Part shown: piece after piece, positions 42,501 through 56,300 of the stretch
Position numbering within the stretch: position 1 is the stretch's first letter
Layout of the letters: every line of letters begins with the position of its first letter
Assembly: GCA_046563655.1 (NCBI GenBank)
Contig: CM102286.1
Location: 1,426,001-1,490,000 of the forward strand
DNA: 64,000 bases
Direction of reading: 5' to 3'
Source of the DNA: Yuukianura sp. NJ FZ-2021
Taxonomy: Eukaryota
Notes under the pieces: model-generated
Told to the model about the DNA's origin: nothing
The model's database searches: none
What the model saw: only the letters and a program-made list of their open reading frames with translations
Position numbers and translations under genes: made by a program

Positions 42501-44341
42501 AGATACAATTTTCAGAGGCAAGGAAATTCTAAGGGAATGTCCGAAATAGTGGTGGTTTTGAATTTGGAAACAAAAGAAAGCGCGGGAAGTTTTGAATTTG
42601 TTAATCAAAGCAAAAGCATGGTAGCTTATAAACCGCAGTGATTTTGACTTTGATGTTTGTTTTTGTGAGTCTCACCACTTGAAAGCGACACCGGCATTTC
42701 CGAGTTTACTTGAAATTTCGAAATTTAGTATCAAAATTTTGAATTATTTCGGCTCATCATTTTCTTTGATCTTTGTGCTTCTCATTGAAACTGTTTTGAA
42801 AACAGAAGTTCAAAACTAGCGAATTCCAAAATTTGAAATTACCTGCCCTTTCTAGTAAATTCCCGGGTATCACACTCACCGAACCACCAAAACCTCTAGA
42901 CTAATTGACCAAAGCCCTGCAATTACTAAACCTCCGGATTTCGTTGCATCTCTTCCAAAATTCTCCAATTATTCTTCAAAACGAATTTATCTCTTTCGGA
43001 ATTTTGAACTTGAAATTAATAAATTATAACTTCAAACTTAAATTAATAACTTAAAAGTTAATCTTATATTGTTTTTTTTACTCTAGATGTTTCTGAAAGC
43101 TGAAATGAAAGAATTTGATTCGAGCGGGAATCGATCCTGGTGCCCTAATACGGAACGGAAAGGCGCTAAACCTAGTAGATTCAAATGTCGCCACATGCTA
43201 CACTTGTTCCTGGCGACATTTCTGGCGACATTCTCCGCAGCCTATTGTAAGTTCTTTTATGCAATTTTTTATGCTTAGCCAAGTATTTAAAGCATTACAT
43301 AGCATAGCACTTAAAAGCAAAATAAGAAGATTAATACTTCCTTTGAATCGTCTAGGTTCAATTGGATTTAAAATTTCCGCCTTTTAGTTTCATTACAAAA
43401 ACCTTTTCTGGATTTTTGTCCAACTAAATAAAAATCCAATTCATCAAGACACGATTTTCGAGCATTTTCTTTAAGTTTTTTTTCTCAATGTCAAAGCTGG
43501 CTTTTTTTAAATTGAAAATATCCAAATTGATGTTCTGTTTCTGACTTGTGCGAAAATTGTTTTTTTTTAATTTAAAAGTAGGTGGGATTTCGAAAATCTC
43601 AAAACTGATATGATTTTATGAAAAATGATTTTGAACTCGCAGTAGGAGGAGAAAGAGCGTGTTTCATTTTCAAAAAAAAATGTCAAGGGTGTAAATGAGT
43701 TCAATTTTTTATTCCTGCGAAAATTTCTATCAACTTATGTAGGAAGCTTCTACATTTTTTTTTTGAATTTTGGATATGAAATATCTGGGATTTTGGCGTA
43801 AATGTAAAATTTTGTTGCAAAAAGGAGCCATTTGTCACCTACTTTCCCACTTTCCGTTTTTGAATAAATTAGCAAAGTGGTGCCCTAGCATTTATTTTCG
43901 AACGAATTTCAAATTTTCCCGCTCTCTGTCTCTGCCACTTTACAACTTTCTCTTCTCCTCCTCTTTTCATCGCATTTAGAAGTTGAAGGTTTTCAAAAAA
44001 ATTTGGCCGCGAAAATTGAATTTATGGCGATTTAAATCATAAGTAATTTGCATGATGACAACCGTGACAAGTTTCCACCTGATGTCACCCTCGTTCCAAA
44101 GTTCCCGCACTTTCAACTAATTCTAATTTTAAATTAATCAATTACAAGCTGACATCCAGAAGAGCGGCAAAATTTGAAACAAAAAATTTACACCCTCTTT
44201 TTTGAAATGTGTCAAAAACAGTTTCCACAAAAGAGAAAGTTTAGACCTCAAGTTTAAAAAAATCGACAGGGAAAAAGTGAAAGTTTGAAAGTTTTTAAAA
44301 TTTGAAAAAACCATTTCCCGTTCTTCTTTCTTGGTGTTTAG

Positions 44342-47300
44342 GTGCTACTGATGCTGGCAGCACATTGGTGACTCCTCTGCCAAGTTCAATTGCGACTGGC
44401 GAGCAACCAACTGAAGAAAATGGATCTGTCCAAAGTCAAACCGTTTTCCCCGCTTCCTCACTTTCTCCAAATGGATTTGATAGCCTCTCACCTCCACCTT
44501 CTAAATTCCTACCTAATGGTCAATTACTTCTTCACAAGGGGGTAATGGCCCCACCGAGATCCACCATCCAGCCCCACCATCCTCCAATTTCACCATCATC
44601 ATTAGACCCACCAAAATCTCTTGTGAAATCCCATTCAGACGGAATCTCCCGCCAACCATCTTCAAAAGCCTCCACGCCAATCAACTTTCAAATCTTCCAA
44701 ACATCAATCCAGCCTACCTTATCCCCTTCCTCTGCGCATACGCAAAACATTATTAGCCACACTGCGCAACCTTCAGAAATGTCAAAGGTCAACGGAGGTC
44801 AAGGGTCAACGACCCTCAAATGGTCCACGACAACGACGACTATTCCTCTGATTCGTCAGAAAACGCTGCCGACTCCACACAGTTGGGCAGAAGTGGCTCA
44901 GCGAACGCAGTTCAGAACGGGTGACCTGTCGAATCAACTTCTTTATCCAGAGTGGTTTGGATCTTTCCAAGGTCAGGATTTCAAAATTTTGAAAAACAAT
45001 CTTCATTTTTTTTCTTTTTGAAAAAATTTTTTTTGGTGATGTTGCCGGGAAGTGTAAAATTTCTAGACATTAGGTAGCTTGCATTTCAAATCATTTATAG
45101 AAAGTATAGAATTTCACACCCGATTTGTTACGGCTCCTGCGATTGGTCGATTTCAAATCTGTGACGTCACTTTCCAAACTTTTTTGATTTATGGCATTTG
45201 TGTACAGTTTATAAATTTTGGAAAAGTTTAAAAGTGACGTCACTTCTCACAGCAAGTTCTATACTTTCTATAAATTGTATAACTGATTTATAAGGCAAAC
45301 TTCTTATTATTTGTTGTAGAAGGTGAGAAATTGATTGAAGATGGGAACAGAACTGAAGCAGCGGGAGATGGTTTGGATAAAAAAGGCGGGCGTTTTGAAT
45401 CTGGCGCTCCCTTGACACAGGGAGAGCGTGAAGAAGAGAGTCCTTGGCGGGAAGTAAGCTACTTCCAGAACTCCGACACTCCAGCGTTCCGTCAAGCCGT
45501 GGGTAGTTCTAATGAAGACGTTCCAGAGCGAGAGATGATGATGGCTGGAGAAATGCCCGGGAAAAACTCTCCAGGGGCCCTTCCTGGAAGGGAGCCGAGA
45601 CAGCCGAAGGGCCCTCCGTCACTCTATGCTGCCACTTCGGCCCTTGACGAGAGTGCTGGACTCGCAGACGTCATCTCCAGAGGCCGCATTGACAGCGTCA
45701 TGTATGTCTATTTCGGAGACAAGTTTAATGACTACCACAAAGAGCAGATTGCTGGAAGGATCATCCAAGTAAGCAAACAGAACTAGCCTACTTCTTACTT
45801 TTGGTCAACAGCAATTGAGTCAACTGCAAAAAGTCAACACTTTGTGTGCCTCAGATTTCTCAATTTACACAAGTTACCGCTTCTATACGAAACTTTGCAC
45901 TCTTTTTGTTGACTGAGTTGCAAGTTGACCAATTTGCTTTCTCATGGTTTCATTTTAGTTAATGGTCTCTCCTGCTGTTTCTGAAATGGAAAGATCTGGT
46001 GGTGTTTATGTCTGTGAAGCCCATTTTACACTCGGCGCTTACGTGTCGTCTAAACACATAAAAATTCTCATCTTCCCCCAAAATTTATGTCTCGTTTAAG
46101 AAATTTCGGATTTTGAAATTCAAATTTCCAGCCAAAATTGGACAGTCGCTGGAACTTTATTTACTAAACTAGTAAATAACGTTAGTGCTTAATGAAATAG
46201 AACTTTCAGGAGCGCATGCGCAGACAGATTCAGCTGGAAGTACATTAGTAACATCCCAGTCACATTTGTAGTCAAACTCTTCCGTAGTACAACAAAAATG
46301 AGTAGAACAATTAACATTCAGATTTAAAGTCGTAGATTCCCGGTTCATAAAAACCGCCATTTCTGAATCCGAATCTTTGGATTTCAAAATCAAGCATTTT
46401 CCCGGGGCTTGAACCAAGTTCACTTCATCGCAGTTTCGCACCGTCGCATTCCTTCCGACCAAACTACTGGCTCTCGTAAAATGCTTGTACACAAAGTACT
46501 TCTTAGGGTAGATCAAGTGACCTTGATAATCTCCCCACAGAAGAGACTCCCCAGACGAGAATTCCGTGTAGGCAAACCAGAAGTAGTACCGTTCTACGCA
46601 TGTCGAACCGACAAAGTTGATGATGTTCCGAGCAAAGTCAAGACCTTCCTTGACCTGAGTGCTTTCTGCATAATGAAATGTGCTGCACACTTCGGTCATC
46701 CAGCGACGTCGGTTGCCCCAGGCAGTCGTTTTATGTACGAATGGATCGTAGTAGGCCAGTAAGAAGTTGGGTGAGGTCGGACGGAGGTCCAAAGCATATG
46801 CGTGTGTCAAGATAACGTCGCATGCGTTGGCACACGAGTAACCAGTGACAGGATTGACATAGTGCATGAAGAAGTCGGAGAGCCAGAGATGCGATGCCTC
46901 GGGGCAGAAGGAGGTCAAGGGGTCATTCCACTTGGTGACCATCGTACAGAGTTGGTCCGGGGTCATGTTGGTGTGATCCCATGCGGCAAAGGCATTGTCA
47001 GGCTCGTTGACTGGACTGACACTCTCTACAGTGAGTCCATATGTGTCCTGGATGAGATTTGTTATGTTTTTGATGAAATAGTAAAAGTCGGTTTCAGCAC
47101 TCGGCAACAGCTGATGCGTTACATTGTTTTTCATGCGGTAAGGGGCGGTCCATATGGACGAAATTAGGGTAATGTTAGGGTATTTACTGGTGTTTGAAAA
47201 CTCTTCCAACACGGCTTCCCATGCCCAGTCACAGTTCGATGTTGAACATTTTATCGTATACTCGTTTGGTGCTGGTGAAAAGTTCGGTAGGTAGTTGATA

Positions 47301-50300
47301 CGGTAATGACTAAAATTTAAAAAAAAATGCTTTTTTTTAGTTCCCGCCAATACTAGCACACCCAAAAAAAGAAAGAAAAAATTCAAACCAAAAACGTTTT
47401 ACCGTAATTCCAGGTCATTGTACAGCAAATCCAGAATTGTCTGGACGAATGACACATTTGTCCCATCCATGTGTGTTGGCGAACCGACGTAAATCCCGAA
47501 ACCGTCAAACGGCATGTCACAACTTTTTGCAAGCTGGAAACCCGATAAAATCAAAATTCCCGCCAACAACTTTGGCATAGTTAACATCATTTTGTAACAC
47601 TAGTGGTGACACTTTCTTTCCAAAAATTAACACTTCGGGCTTAAATTTGTCAATGTGGAACTAATTACCATGAACTGATGAGGTTTAGAAATTGGACACT
47701 TTTGCATAAGCCCACTGTTGAGTCTATTTATAGTTGAATAACCTTTAATGGCACTGATAAACATAATGATCTTGTCAGATTTAAAACTATACACTACAAA
47801 TTTTATGTTGAAACAATCACAAACATCTGGTGATCAAAATCAAAGCTTTGGACACAAAAATTATAGTCCATGGCATGGATTTCGAAAAATTTTCAAGTGT
47901 TTTATTAGATTAAAAGGCACAAATATTGGACAATTGAGTCCACAATTGGACAAAATACGTCAATTGCGGACGGTTTTGAAATTCTCCAGAAACGCCTCCG
48001 TTTTGAAACTGAAACGCAAACACTCAACAAAGGTCAATTCAAAGTCACACATTGCACTATCTAACATGCGATTAACGTTGTTGACGATCCACTTTAACAA
48101 TTCAGAATTTCAAAATTTATGACCTAAATTTTAAAGTTGTAAAGTGAAATTATTCAAGTTAGATCAATAACTGAATGTTTGTTTTTTTTTGACAAAGTTT
48201 GTTTTTAAATTGAGACTAATTTTGCAAATTGTTTATGTTTAGACTGGAATGTTGTAGAAGAGAGGTTGTTGAACTTGGTTGAATGAACTAGATTTTAGAC
48301 TAGTAGTTTTAGTAACAGTAGCTTAAGTTGAAATAGAAACAGTTTGTTATAAAGTAGTGGTGGACTGTAATGGTTTATTGATCACTTTCTCTTCTTCCTC
48401 GAACATCTTCCTAGTCCCCCACACTTTCTCTCAGTTTACCCCACAAACGAAGGAATCAATACCACCGTCCGACCACTTCACAATCACTTTTACTCAACAA
48501 CATCCAAGAAAAGACAACTTGAAGGAAGGTTACGCAACATTCCTAAATGTTACTTCTTGACTGACTCCCCACTAATCAGACAGTGACGACAGACTTCTTG
48601 TTTTTGGTTCCAAGCATAACCTAACCTTAGCATAAGCTTCACTTCTTAGCAAAAACATAACATGGCAATTTTTTTATGAAAGAAAGTAACACGACACAAA
48701 AAAAACAACAACAAAGTTTAGTCCAGAGATTGCAGCAGAATTTTTTTTAGTAAGCATAAACATTCAGTTGAGATCCAAGCAGTTGTTTTTTGCAAAAGTT
48801 TTGGCGCGTTTTTTGCTAAAGTAAGAAAAGATTTTGAAAGCATTTGTTTTATTTTAGAGCAGAGCTGGCGGGAATTGAAGGCTGGGACCCCAGTGGGTTC
48901 CTTTGTATTCATCGCCTCATGATTACTTTTCTGCGTTAAAGAAAAGCATGGGGACTTGGTTTAATTAGATTTCGCTTTGGGAAGGAAGGCCTTGATTAGA
49001 TTAACGCTTACTTAACGAACACAAAATCTTAAGCCTTCGCCACACCACCGACTACAAAATACTACGGTTTCTGCGCATCTCTTTTGAGAAAAGACAAAAC
49101 TTGCCCTAGATTCACTCAAATCTCAGTCTACTTTCGACACAAAACTGCCAAAGAATTTGCCAAAACTTTTTTTTTCATGCTGATAAACTTTGTTAGTACT
49201 GAAAGACAAAATCTATTTCTGGAAATGTTTCTAGAAATTTTGGACTCCAAAAAAAAGTTTCCCTGATAAGCAGAAACTCGTATTCAATGAATTTTTGAAA
49301 GGTTTGTAAAAAACCTGCTAAATCTGATGTTAAAAATTGAAAATTTTTGGTTGAAAACAGATTTTGCAAATAGATTTTTAAAAAACAGTTTTCTAAAATG
49401 CCTGACGTCAAATTTTTTTGAATTTTAGGCAGTTGGAGGCGTTGTGGCAGCAATTGCGCATGTGCTGACAGTTTTAGGAGCTGCAAAATCTATTCGTAAA
49501 GGTCAACTCAACATTCTGCCGGTTCAATTGCACATTGGATTTGCTCTGCTCGTGTCAAATCTCCTCATGCTGTTGGCTGTTCATGTAAGAATTTTCAAAA
49601 TTTTAAGTGTTTTTGAAACATGCGGATTTTTTTTTACCATTTCAGACAAAGTACTCAAAGGCCAGTTATTTCTTAGCTTTCGAGACAATTTCAATTTTTG
49701 TTTGAAACTTGGGGTTTTAAAAGAACGAGTGCTTTTTGGGGGTTTTCATTGTGTTTTGAGTGTTTTTCTTGGGAAAAACACTATAACACTTCAAGTCAAG
49801 GTGTTTTTCTTTTCCATTTCTCTTATTCTTTATCCCCCCATTGTTTTCCTTTCATTTTCTCCAAAAGCCTGTCATTCGCTTTGCCTAAAATTCTCCTTTG
49901 TTCTCCCTAATGAACCCAAGACTACGGAAAATGGTTTTCTTCCTTTGATTTTTCTGTTTTACTTTTTCTGTTTCAGCGGGAAACTCAATTAGGAAAAAAG
50001 CATTGAACTTTTGCAGAACCTAGGCCAAAAAACGACTTTTTCTTTGAATCCCATTGGCTTTGTGCATTAAATTAAAGTTTGGCGCCCATTGACTTATTGC
50101 ATCCCAATTTATTGCCAATTCCAGAAGAGGGGATTTGTTCTCTGCCAAATTCCAGGGAGAAGGAAGAGAGAAAAATGTGACTGGGGAAAGGAGCAGGGTG
50201 ATTTCTAATGAAGATTCCGTTTGTAATTTCCGTCAGTGACTGAACTTTTTTTCCGCCGAAGGATAATAGTGGGAAATTGGGAAGTTTAAATGGAGAAAAG

Positions 50301-53300
50301 TAGGGGGATTTTGAGTTCAATTTATCTTGAGAACTCTTTTCACCCTGCATTCAATTTAATGAGATAATGTCAAGATACCAAAGTATTCGTAATTTCCTAT
50401 TTCCCTGGACAGGGTTACACAACACCCATATGGGTGCCTGGGTTTTTGGGTTCCAAAAAATTACACATTACAAATTCAAAATTTACTAAAATTTACAAAA
50501 TTTTGAATTAAAAAAAATTTGTACAAGGACCTGCAGTGATTTGTTTGCACCAGCCGCAAATTTTGAATTATTTTCCTTACACTGTTGCCAAACTTATTTC
50601 ATTTATTATAAAAATCCTAATTTAATTTTGATGCCCAACTCTGAAAAATACCCACGCGGTTGACTAATCCTGTTTTTCTGTCACTTGCTGGAAATTTTTG
50701 TGGCCGGGAGAAAGTCTTTTTGGAGTTGTAGTGTTTGACCAGAGCAGATTCCATTAGGGTTTGGTTAAGAATGAGATGGAAAAGATGGTGGAAAAGTCAA
50801 GTAATAAACACGGAACAAAAGTCAGTAGAAATTGCATTCCGATGTTCTTCCCAAAAATCTCATTATTGTTCCCCCACTGGATTTTTTTTTCAAAATAAGA
50901 AGCTAAAGAGATTAGAATCCGTAGCTCGCCTTCATTGTTTGGCAACAGCCTTTGATGCACAAGTTTTTAACAAAAAGTAAAAGAAAAAAAATCAACAGTA
51001 AGTGAAAAAGAGAGAAAGTATAAAGCAAAAAATAAGTTGAAGAGTCGCTAACCTTCTCTTTCTTAAATTAATTATAATTTCTTATATTAATTAATTATAA
51101 TTTCTTAAATTAAAAATTAAACAGGAGATGAAAAATTGAGTAAACACAAAAAATCAAAGACTAGAGCAAAAACTGCTGGATTTAAAAAATTACGATTTTT
51201 GAGGAAAAAAAGTAGCCGAAAACTAAAACATGAAGATGTTTGAGGTAGTAAAGGCAAAACAGCAAAGCCTGCGATCTCTTTTCGAAGGTGTGAAATTCTA
51301 AAATTTTCAAAGTGTGAAAACTGTTATTAAAAGTAAAAGAACCGGAAGATGCACCGTGTGCGTCTTGTGTTTAATTACAGTTAGCGTAGTTTTAGCTTAT
51401 GCAGAAACTAGTAGATGATTCCATTTGAGTTTTACTATTCCAAGCAGACCTTACGAACTTTAATCCCTCCATTTCCAGGGAGATGAATCAAGCAGCTCTC
51501 TTCTTCCTCATTTCCATTTTACAATCCCACTTAAATCTCTTTAGACTCCAACGTTGTGCCAATGTAAGCACGAAACTCAGATCCTCAGTTGTAGAGGAAA
51601 TATGAAACGAAAGCAGGAAATGACATGAAAACGTGTTCAACTCCAGCAGCATCACAAGTTTAAACGGAGGGAGTAACTATCTTGAGTGGATTTTCATCAG
51701 CTTTTGTTGTAAATATTCATATGTTACCATCCTGGAGGAAGAAAGCAGGTTTTCCCACTTACAGTTGATGACAATAACATTTGAAATGAAACCGCGAAGA
51801 CAGAAATGTCAAGATGGAAAAGCGGTTTGAGAAAATTCACACAAGCTTCTTGATGACATGACACAAAAACCAAAATTTTTAAATTTGAAAGCGCCAAATG
51901 ACGCGTTTATTCAAAAAGGAGAAGACTAATGGTCGACTGCTGTAAAAAGACGACAGATGAACAAATTCAGGCGCGAAATGATTTTCTTTTTGCAAACGAC
52001 GCTACTTTTTTTTTTAGACATGAGTGATTTACATACGCCGTGAAGTTGAATAAAAATTTTATTAAAATTTGAGATTTGAATGCTATGACTTTTTTTAAAG
52101 AATTTTTTTGCTGAGAATAATTTTAAAAATTCATCTGAAATTTTGAACTCTTGAGTTGATCTGAATTATAAGTGGAAAGGAAATTAGCATGTCAAAGGAC
52201 AAAAAAACTTGAAAGGAAAATAGTGTTAAGCAAAAGAAAAGAAAAATCAGAAAATTGAAATTCACTTCTTTTCCAAAGATATTAAAATAGGATTTTTTCG
52301 TTTTTCTTTGAATGTTCAAATTCCTGAATTCGAATTTCGATTGCTCGGTATTATTCAAAATCTTCAGATTTCTAACAAAGAAGAATAAAAAAATTCAAAA
52401 TTTTATTCACTGTGGAACACAAAAGAATAAATTGTGATTGAAAAATTCCAATTTCATTTTTCTCTAAACCAAATTTGACACCTCCTCACTTTTTTAATTA
52501 AAAAACCTCACTTTTGTAATGTTTCTACAAAAAAAATGAAAATTTTGAATTAAAATACTTCATTTTATGTTCCGTTTTTTGAAACTTTGTTTTTTTTATG
52601 AAATTTTAGTTAACGTATGTATGTAATTCTAGTTGAAACGAAAATTGTGAAAGTCGTGAGGCGATGAATTAATTTTGATTGAACTGTGAATCTCTGATGA
52701 TTTAGAATTTCTAACTTGTGTAATCTAGCTTCAGCTAGACTTATTTTGGTTAGGCTAGAAATTAGGTTTTGTTAGGCTAAAGTTTACATTAGGTTTGAGG
52801 TTTTAGGTTATGTTTTAAGTGGATATATCTCATTCAATAGTCAAAAGTGTAATCCAATCTGGTTTTTGTTGACATAGGGAACAGAGCCTTTGGACGTTTG
52901 TGCCTCCGTGGCCGTTGTGCTGCATTACCTTCATCTTGTCATTGGAGCGTGGCTGCTCGCCCACACTGTTCAAACTTACCGCGCCCTCCGACATCATGTG
53001 ACCCCCAATCTCCTTGGACAAGATGACGAGAGACGCGTTCAGATCAGTCCAGCGTATGGCCAGCGAACGGCAATTGCAGCGTCGACGCTGCGCTACTGCG
53101 CAATCACTTGGGCCTCACCATTTCCATTTATTCTCGTAAGCACTCACCACAAAATGTTATTGAAAGAACAATTTTTGTGGGACGTGACATGTCATGCCGG
53201 ACGTGACACTGGACACGCATCACATTAAATGCAAAAGAGCAGAAAAATTCAAAATTCTGAAATCAAAAACCAAAAATTTTCCTGAAACTTTCCCGGTCTT

Positions 53301-56300
53301 CTCCACTGGCTTTCACTTTTTCTGGAACTCATCATTTAACCACAAAAATTTCTAACCACAGGGAGCCATTTTTGAACTTTCTAAAAAATCATTTTTCAAT
53401 TTTTTCAAACACAAATGATCAGAAAGGTCCACAAATTTTAAAATGGGGATCACGATTTTACAAAGGTCTAAGAGTTTAAAAAAAAGTTTTTTTTTTGCTT
53501 TTCAGTCCGAACATAAAACTTTTCATTTTCTTTTTCAAACTATTTTCTCAATAAATTTTCTCTTTTGTTTCAGCCTAACTTTGTTTCAGAGTAACTCCAT
53601 TTTGTTGATGTAATAAAATATCTCAAAAATGGCGCCCTGAAAATTGAAAATTGGAAAATGGAATAAGGAAGAGCCTTGTTTTGTTGTTAGTTCAATTTGC
53701 TTCTTCACTTGATCTACTTTCTCCACTTTCTTTCTTTCTGAGCATAACCATAAAAACTAAGGTTTTCCCCAATGAGAACTCCTCATTTGAAATGCATGAG
53801 ACCAAATTGGAAGTCCTTTACTTTGTTCAGGTGCAAATTCAAATTTTCCCGCCCCCGAGAGTCCATTATATTTTGCACAATGTAGGTTTAGCACAGTAGT
53901 AGTTTGTACTACAGCAAGAAATAATCCGGTACAGCTAAACTCCTTGGGGGAATCTTAGCACTTTCTCTGCTTTCTCTGGAAGAACAATAAGCAAAAGGAA
54001 AGTGGTCCCAGTTCACTCTCTTCCAATTAGGTTCTCATAAATTTCAAAATTTCGAAAATTGTTAGACCTAAGGTGCAAATTTCGAAAGTGAAGAATTTGA
54101 GTGAAATGGAAATGAGAAACTTGAAACAAGAAGAGAAAGTGTACTCGGAATTAACTTTTTCTTTGGAAAGTCTAATGGTTACCGAGAAGGTTGAGGATTA
54201 AACAAGGTTTCTTGACAACGAAAAGTTAATTTTGTTTAACAGGTTGAGTACTACCGTGCTTGTTGACAGAAAAACTAAAACAAAACAAAAATTCGTATTT
54301 TCACCAATCCAAAAAATTGCTACCAATTCGTACTCTAAATTTAAAAAATTTGGCTGCATTGTTATGACTACAACGCCATGAAATGAAGAGACACTTTTTT
54401 TGGAAAATTAAAAAAACATGAGGTATTACCTGACCTGTTAATGAAAGTCAGAGTCAACAAACCTTGGGATTAAAGGTCAACGACCCCGTTGACATGTAAA
54501 TGTAATTTGAAAGTTGCCAGTTTGTAAAGTTATATCAAGTAGTAAAATGAGCCTCGAGTTACACTTTTCGAGCTCTTTCTTATGTCTAGACTTGACTCTG
54601 AAGTGAATTTGAAGCCTCCAGGAGAAAGGAAAAGAAAAATGAAAAGTGAAAGTTCTCTTGTCAAGCTTTTGTTCTAAAAAGAGCAAGATTTTAAATGAAT
54701 ATTTTAAAAGTCTTAGAAGAAAGTAGAGAGAAAAGTTTTCTTCGAAGTCTTTTTTGTTCAAGTTGAAAAAACAACTCGAGGCTGAATTTCCAAATTAACT
54801 CAAATTTTTAAATTTGTCAACAAAGTTTTGTAATTGGTTTCTAAATTTTTAATTTAGGAGATAAAAGATCATATCTTGTTTCACTTTTCTTTTTGAAAAG
54901 CAAAGGCGACAAGGAAATGCTTTTAACTTTTCACAAAAAAAGTTCAAACCAAATTCGTCAAAGCTTTAATTACATTTTTTCATCAAAGTAGCACAACGAG
55001 GAATTTTGTAAGCTTTTTTGTGAAGATGTTCTACTTTTTTTGAGATTGAAGATGACCTTTGACATAAGGACAGAGTGAAAGTCGTAACTCTTGGACTGGA
55101 CAAAAGACAATGAAAAAGTGGCATGATAGAGTGAGTTGAAATGAAGATTTGGATCTTTCCGAGTCATTTTGTAGAAAATGTAGTGGACTCAGGGATTTTG
55201 GAAATTTGTTTTATCAGCATATTAGTTTAGCGTGGAGAGTTTCGGAAAGTTGAGTTCCGTTGCAATTTCTACGATTTCTAGCATAAAATAATGTCCTCAT
55301 GACTGTCATCATAAACCAGTAAACTAACGGTTTCCAAATTTTACTCCTTTTCAACATTTCAACTTATCCGCTTTTCCCAGTTTTAGTGGACTTTGCCAAC
55401 CAACTGATGATGATTTTATGGATATCTAATAAAACAACTAACCGAAAATATTTTTGAAACGAACTAACTACTACTTTTTCTACTCAAAAATTTTCACGGC
55501 GGAAAAAGAAATTTTTTATTTTTGGCAATGTTGCCAGTTTTATTGGTTTTCCAATAAAACTGGCAACATTGTCAAAAATAAATATTAAAATTATAGATTG
55601 TAATCAAAAGTATGAAATCAATATTTTTTGTAAAAGGTTTCGAAATTTTTGCTTTTTATTTTTGGCAATGTTGCCAGTTTTATTCCTAAACCAATAAAAA
55701 TGGCATCATTGCTAAAAATATTACAATCAAAAAATTATTATCAAATAAATTATAATGAAATCAACATTTTGTGTGTAATATTGGGGATAGATTTGTGAGG
55801 TAAAATTTGTAGGGGTCAAAGGTCATCGTAAATTATCCAGTTGTACTTGGGAAACAACTCAATCGTAAAAACTCGTAAAACCGTAAATCTTTACAGATGA
55901 ATGACCTCTGGACCTCTGAATGTAAAATCCACCCCAAAACCTCTTCTGATCCGTCCACGATCCAAGTCCACTTAGGGAATGGACGGAACTAAAGAGGTTA
56001 AAAATTAATTCTGCCTCTTGACTTTCTCCTGGATTCAGGATTACCAAAAACTTCTGACTTTCTGTCCAATAGAAACTTTGGAAATTCTGGAACGTTTTTC
56101 CACTCTATGCACTAATGCTTTTGTACCACTTGACATTTTGTGTTCTCCACTTGTGAGGCAAATGGACTCGACTTACAGGGAGTTACTAGGACCACCTCAA
56201 CTGCTCAGTCACTCGGAAATATTCACATTGTTCCTGGTTGCCATGGCAACCGAGGCTACTCAACCGCTTCGAGCTTCAGATTCCACTTTTATGTCTCCCT

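Noticed and set aside
31673..43979. Many 60-140 aa Phe/Lys/Leu-rich ORFs
   Set aside because: Composition reflects A/T runs; no domains or consistent exon signals.
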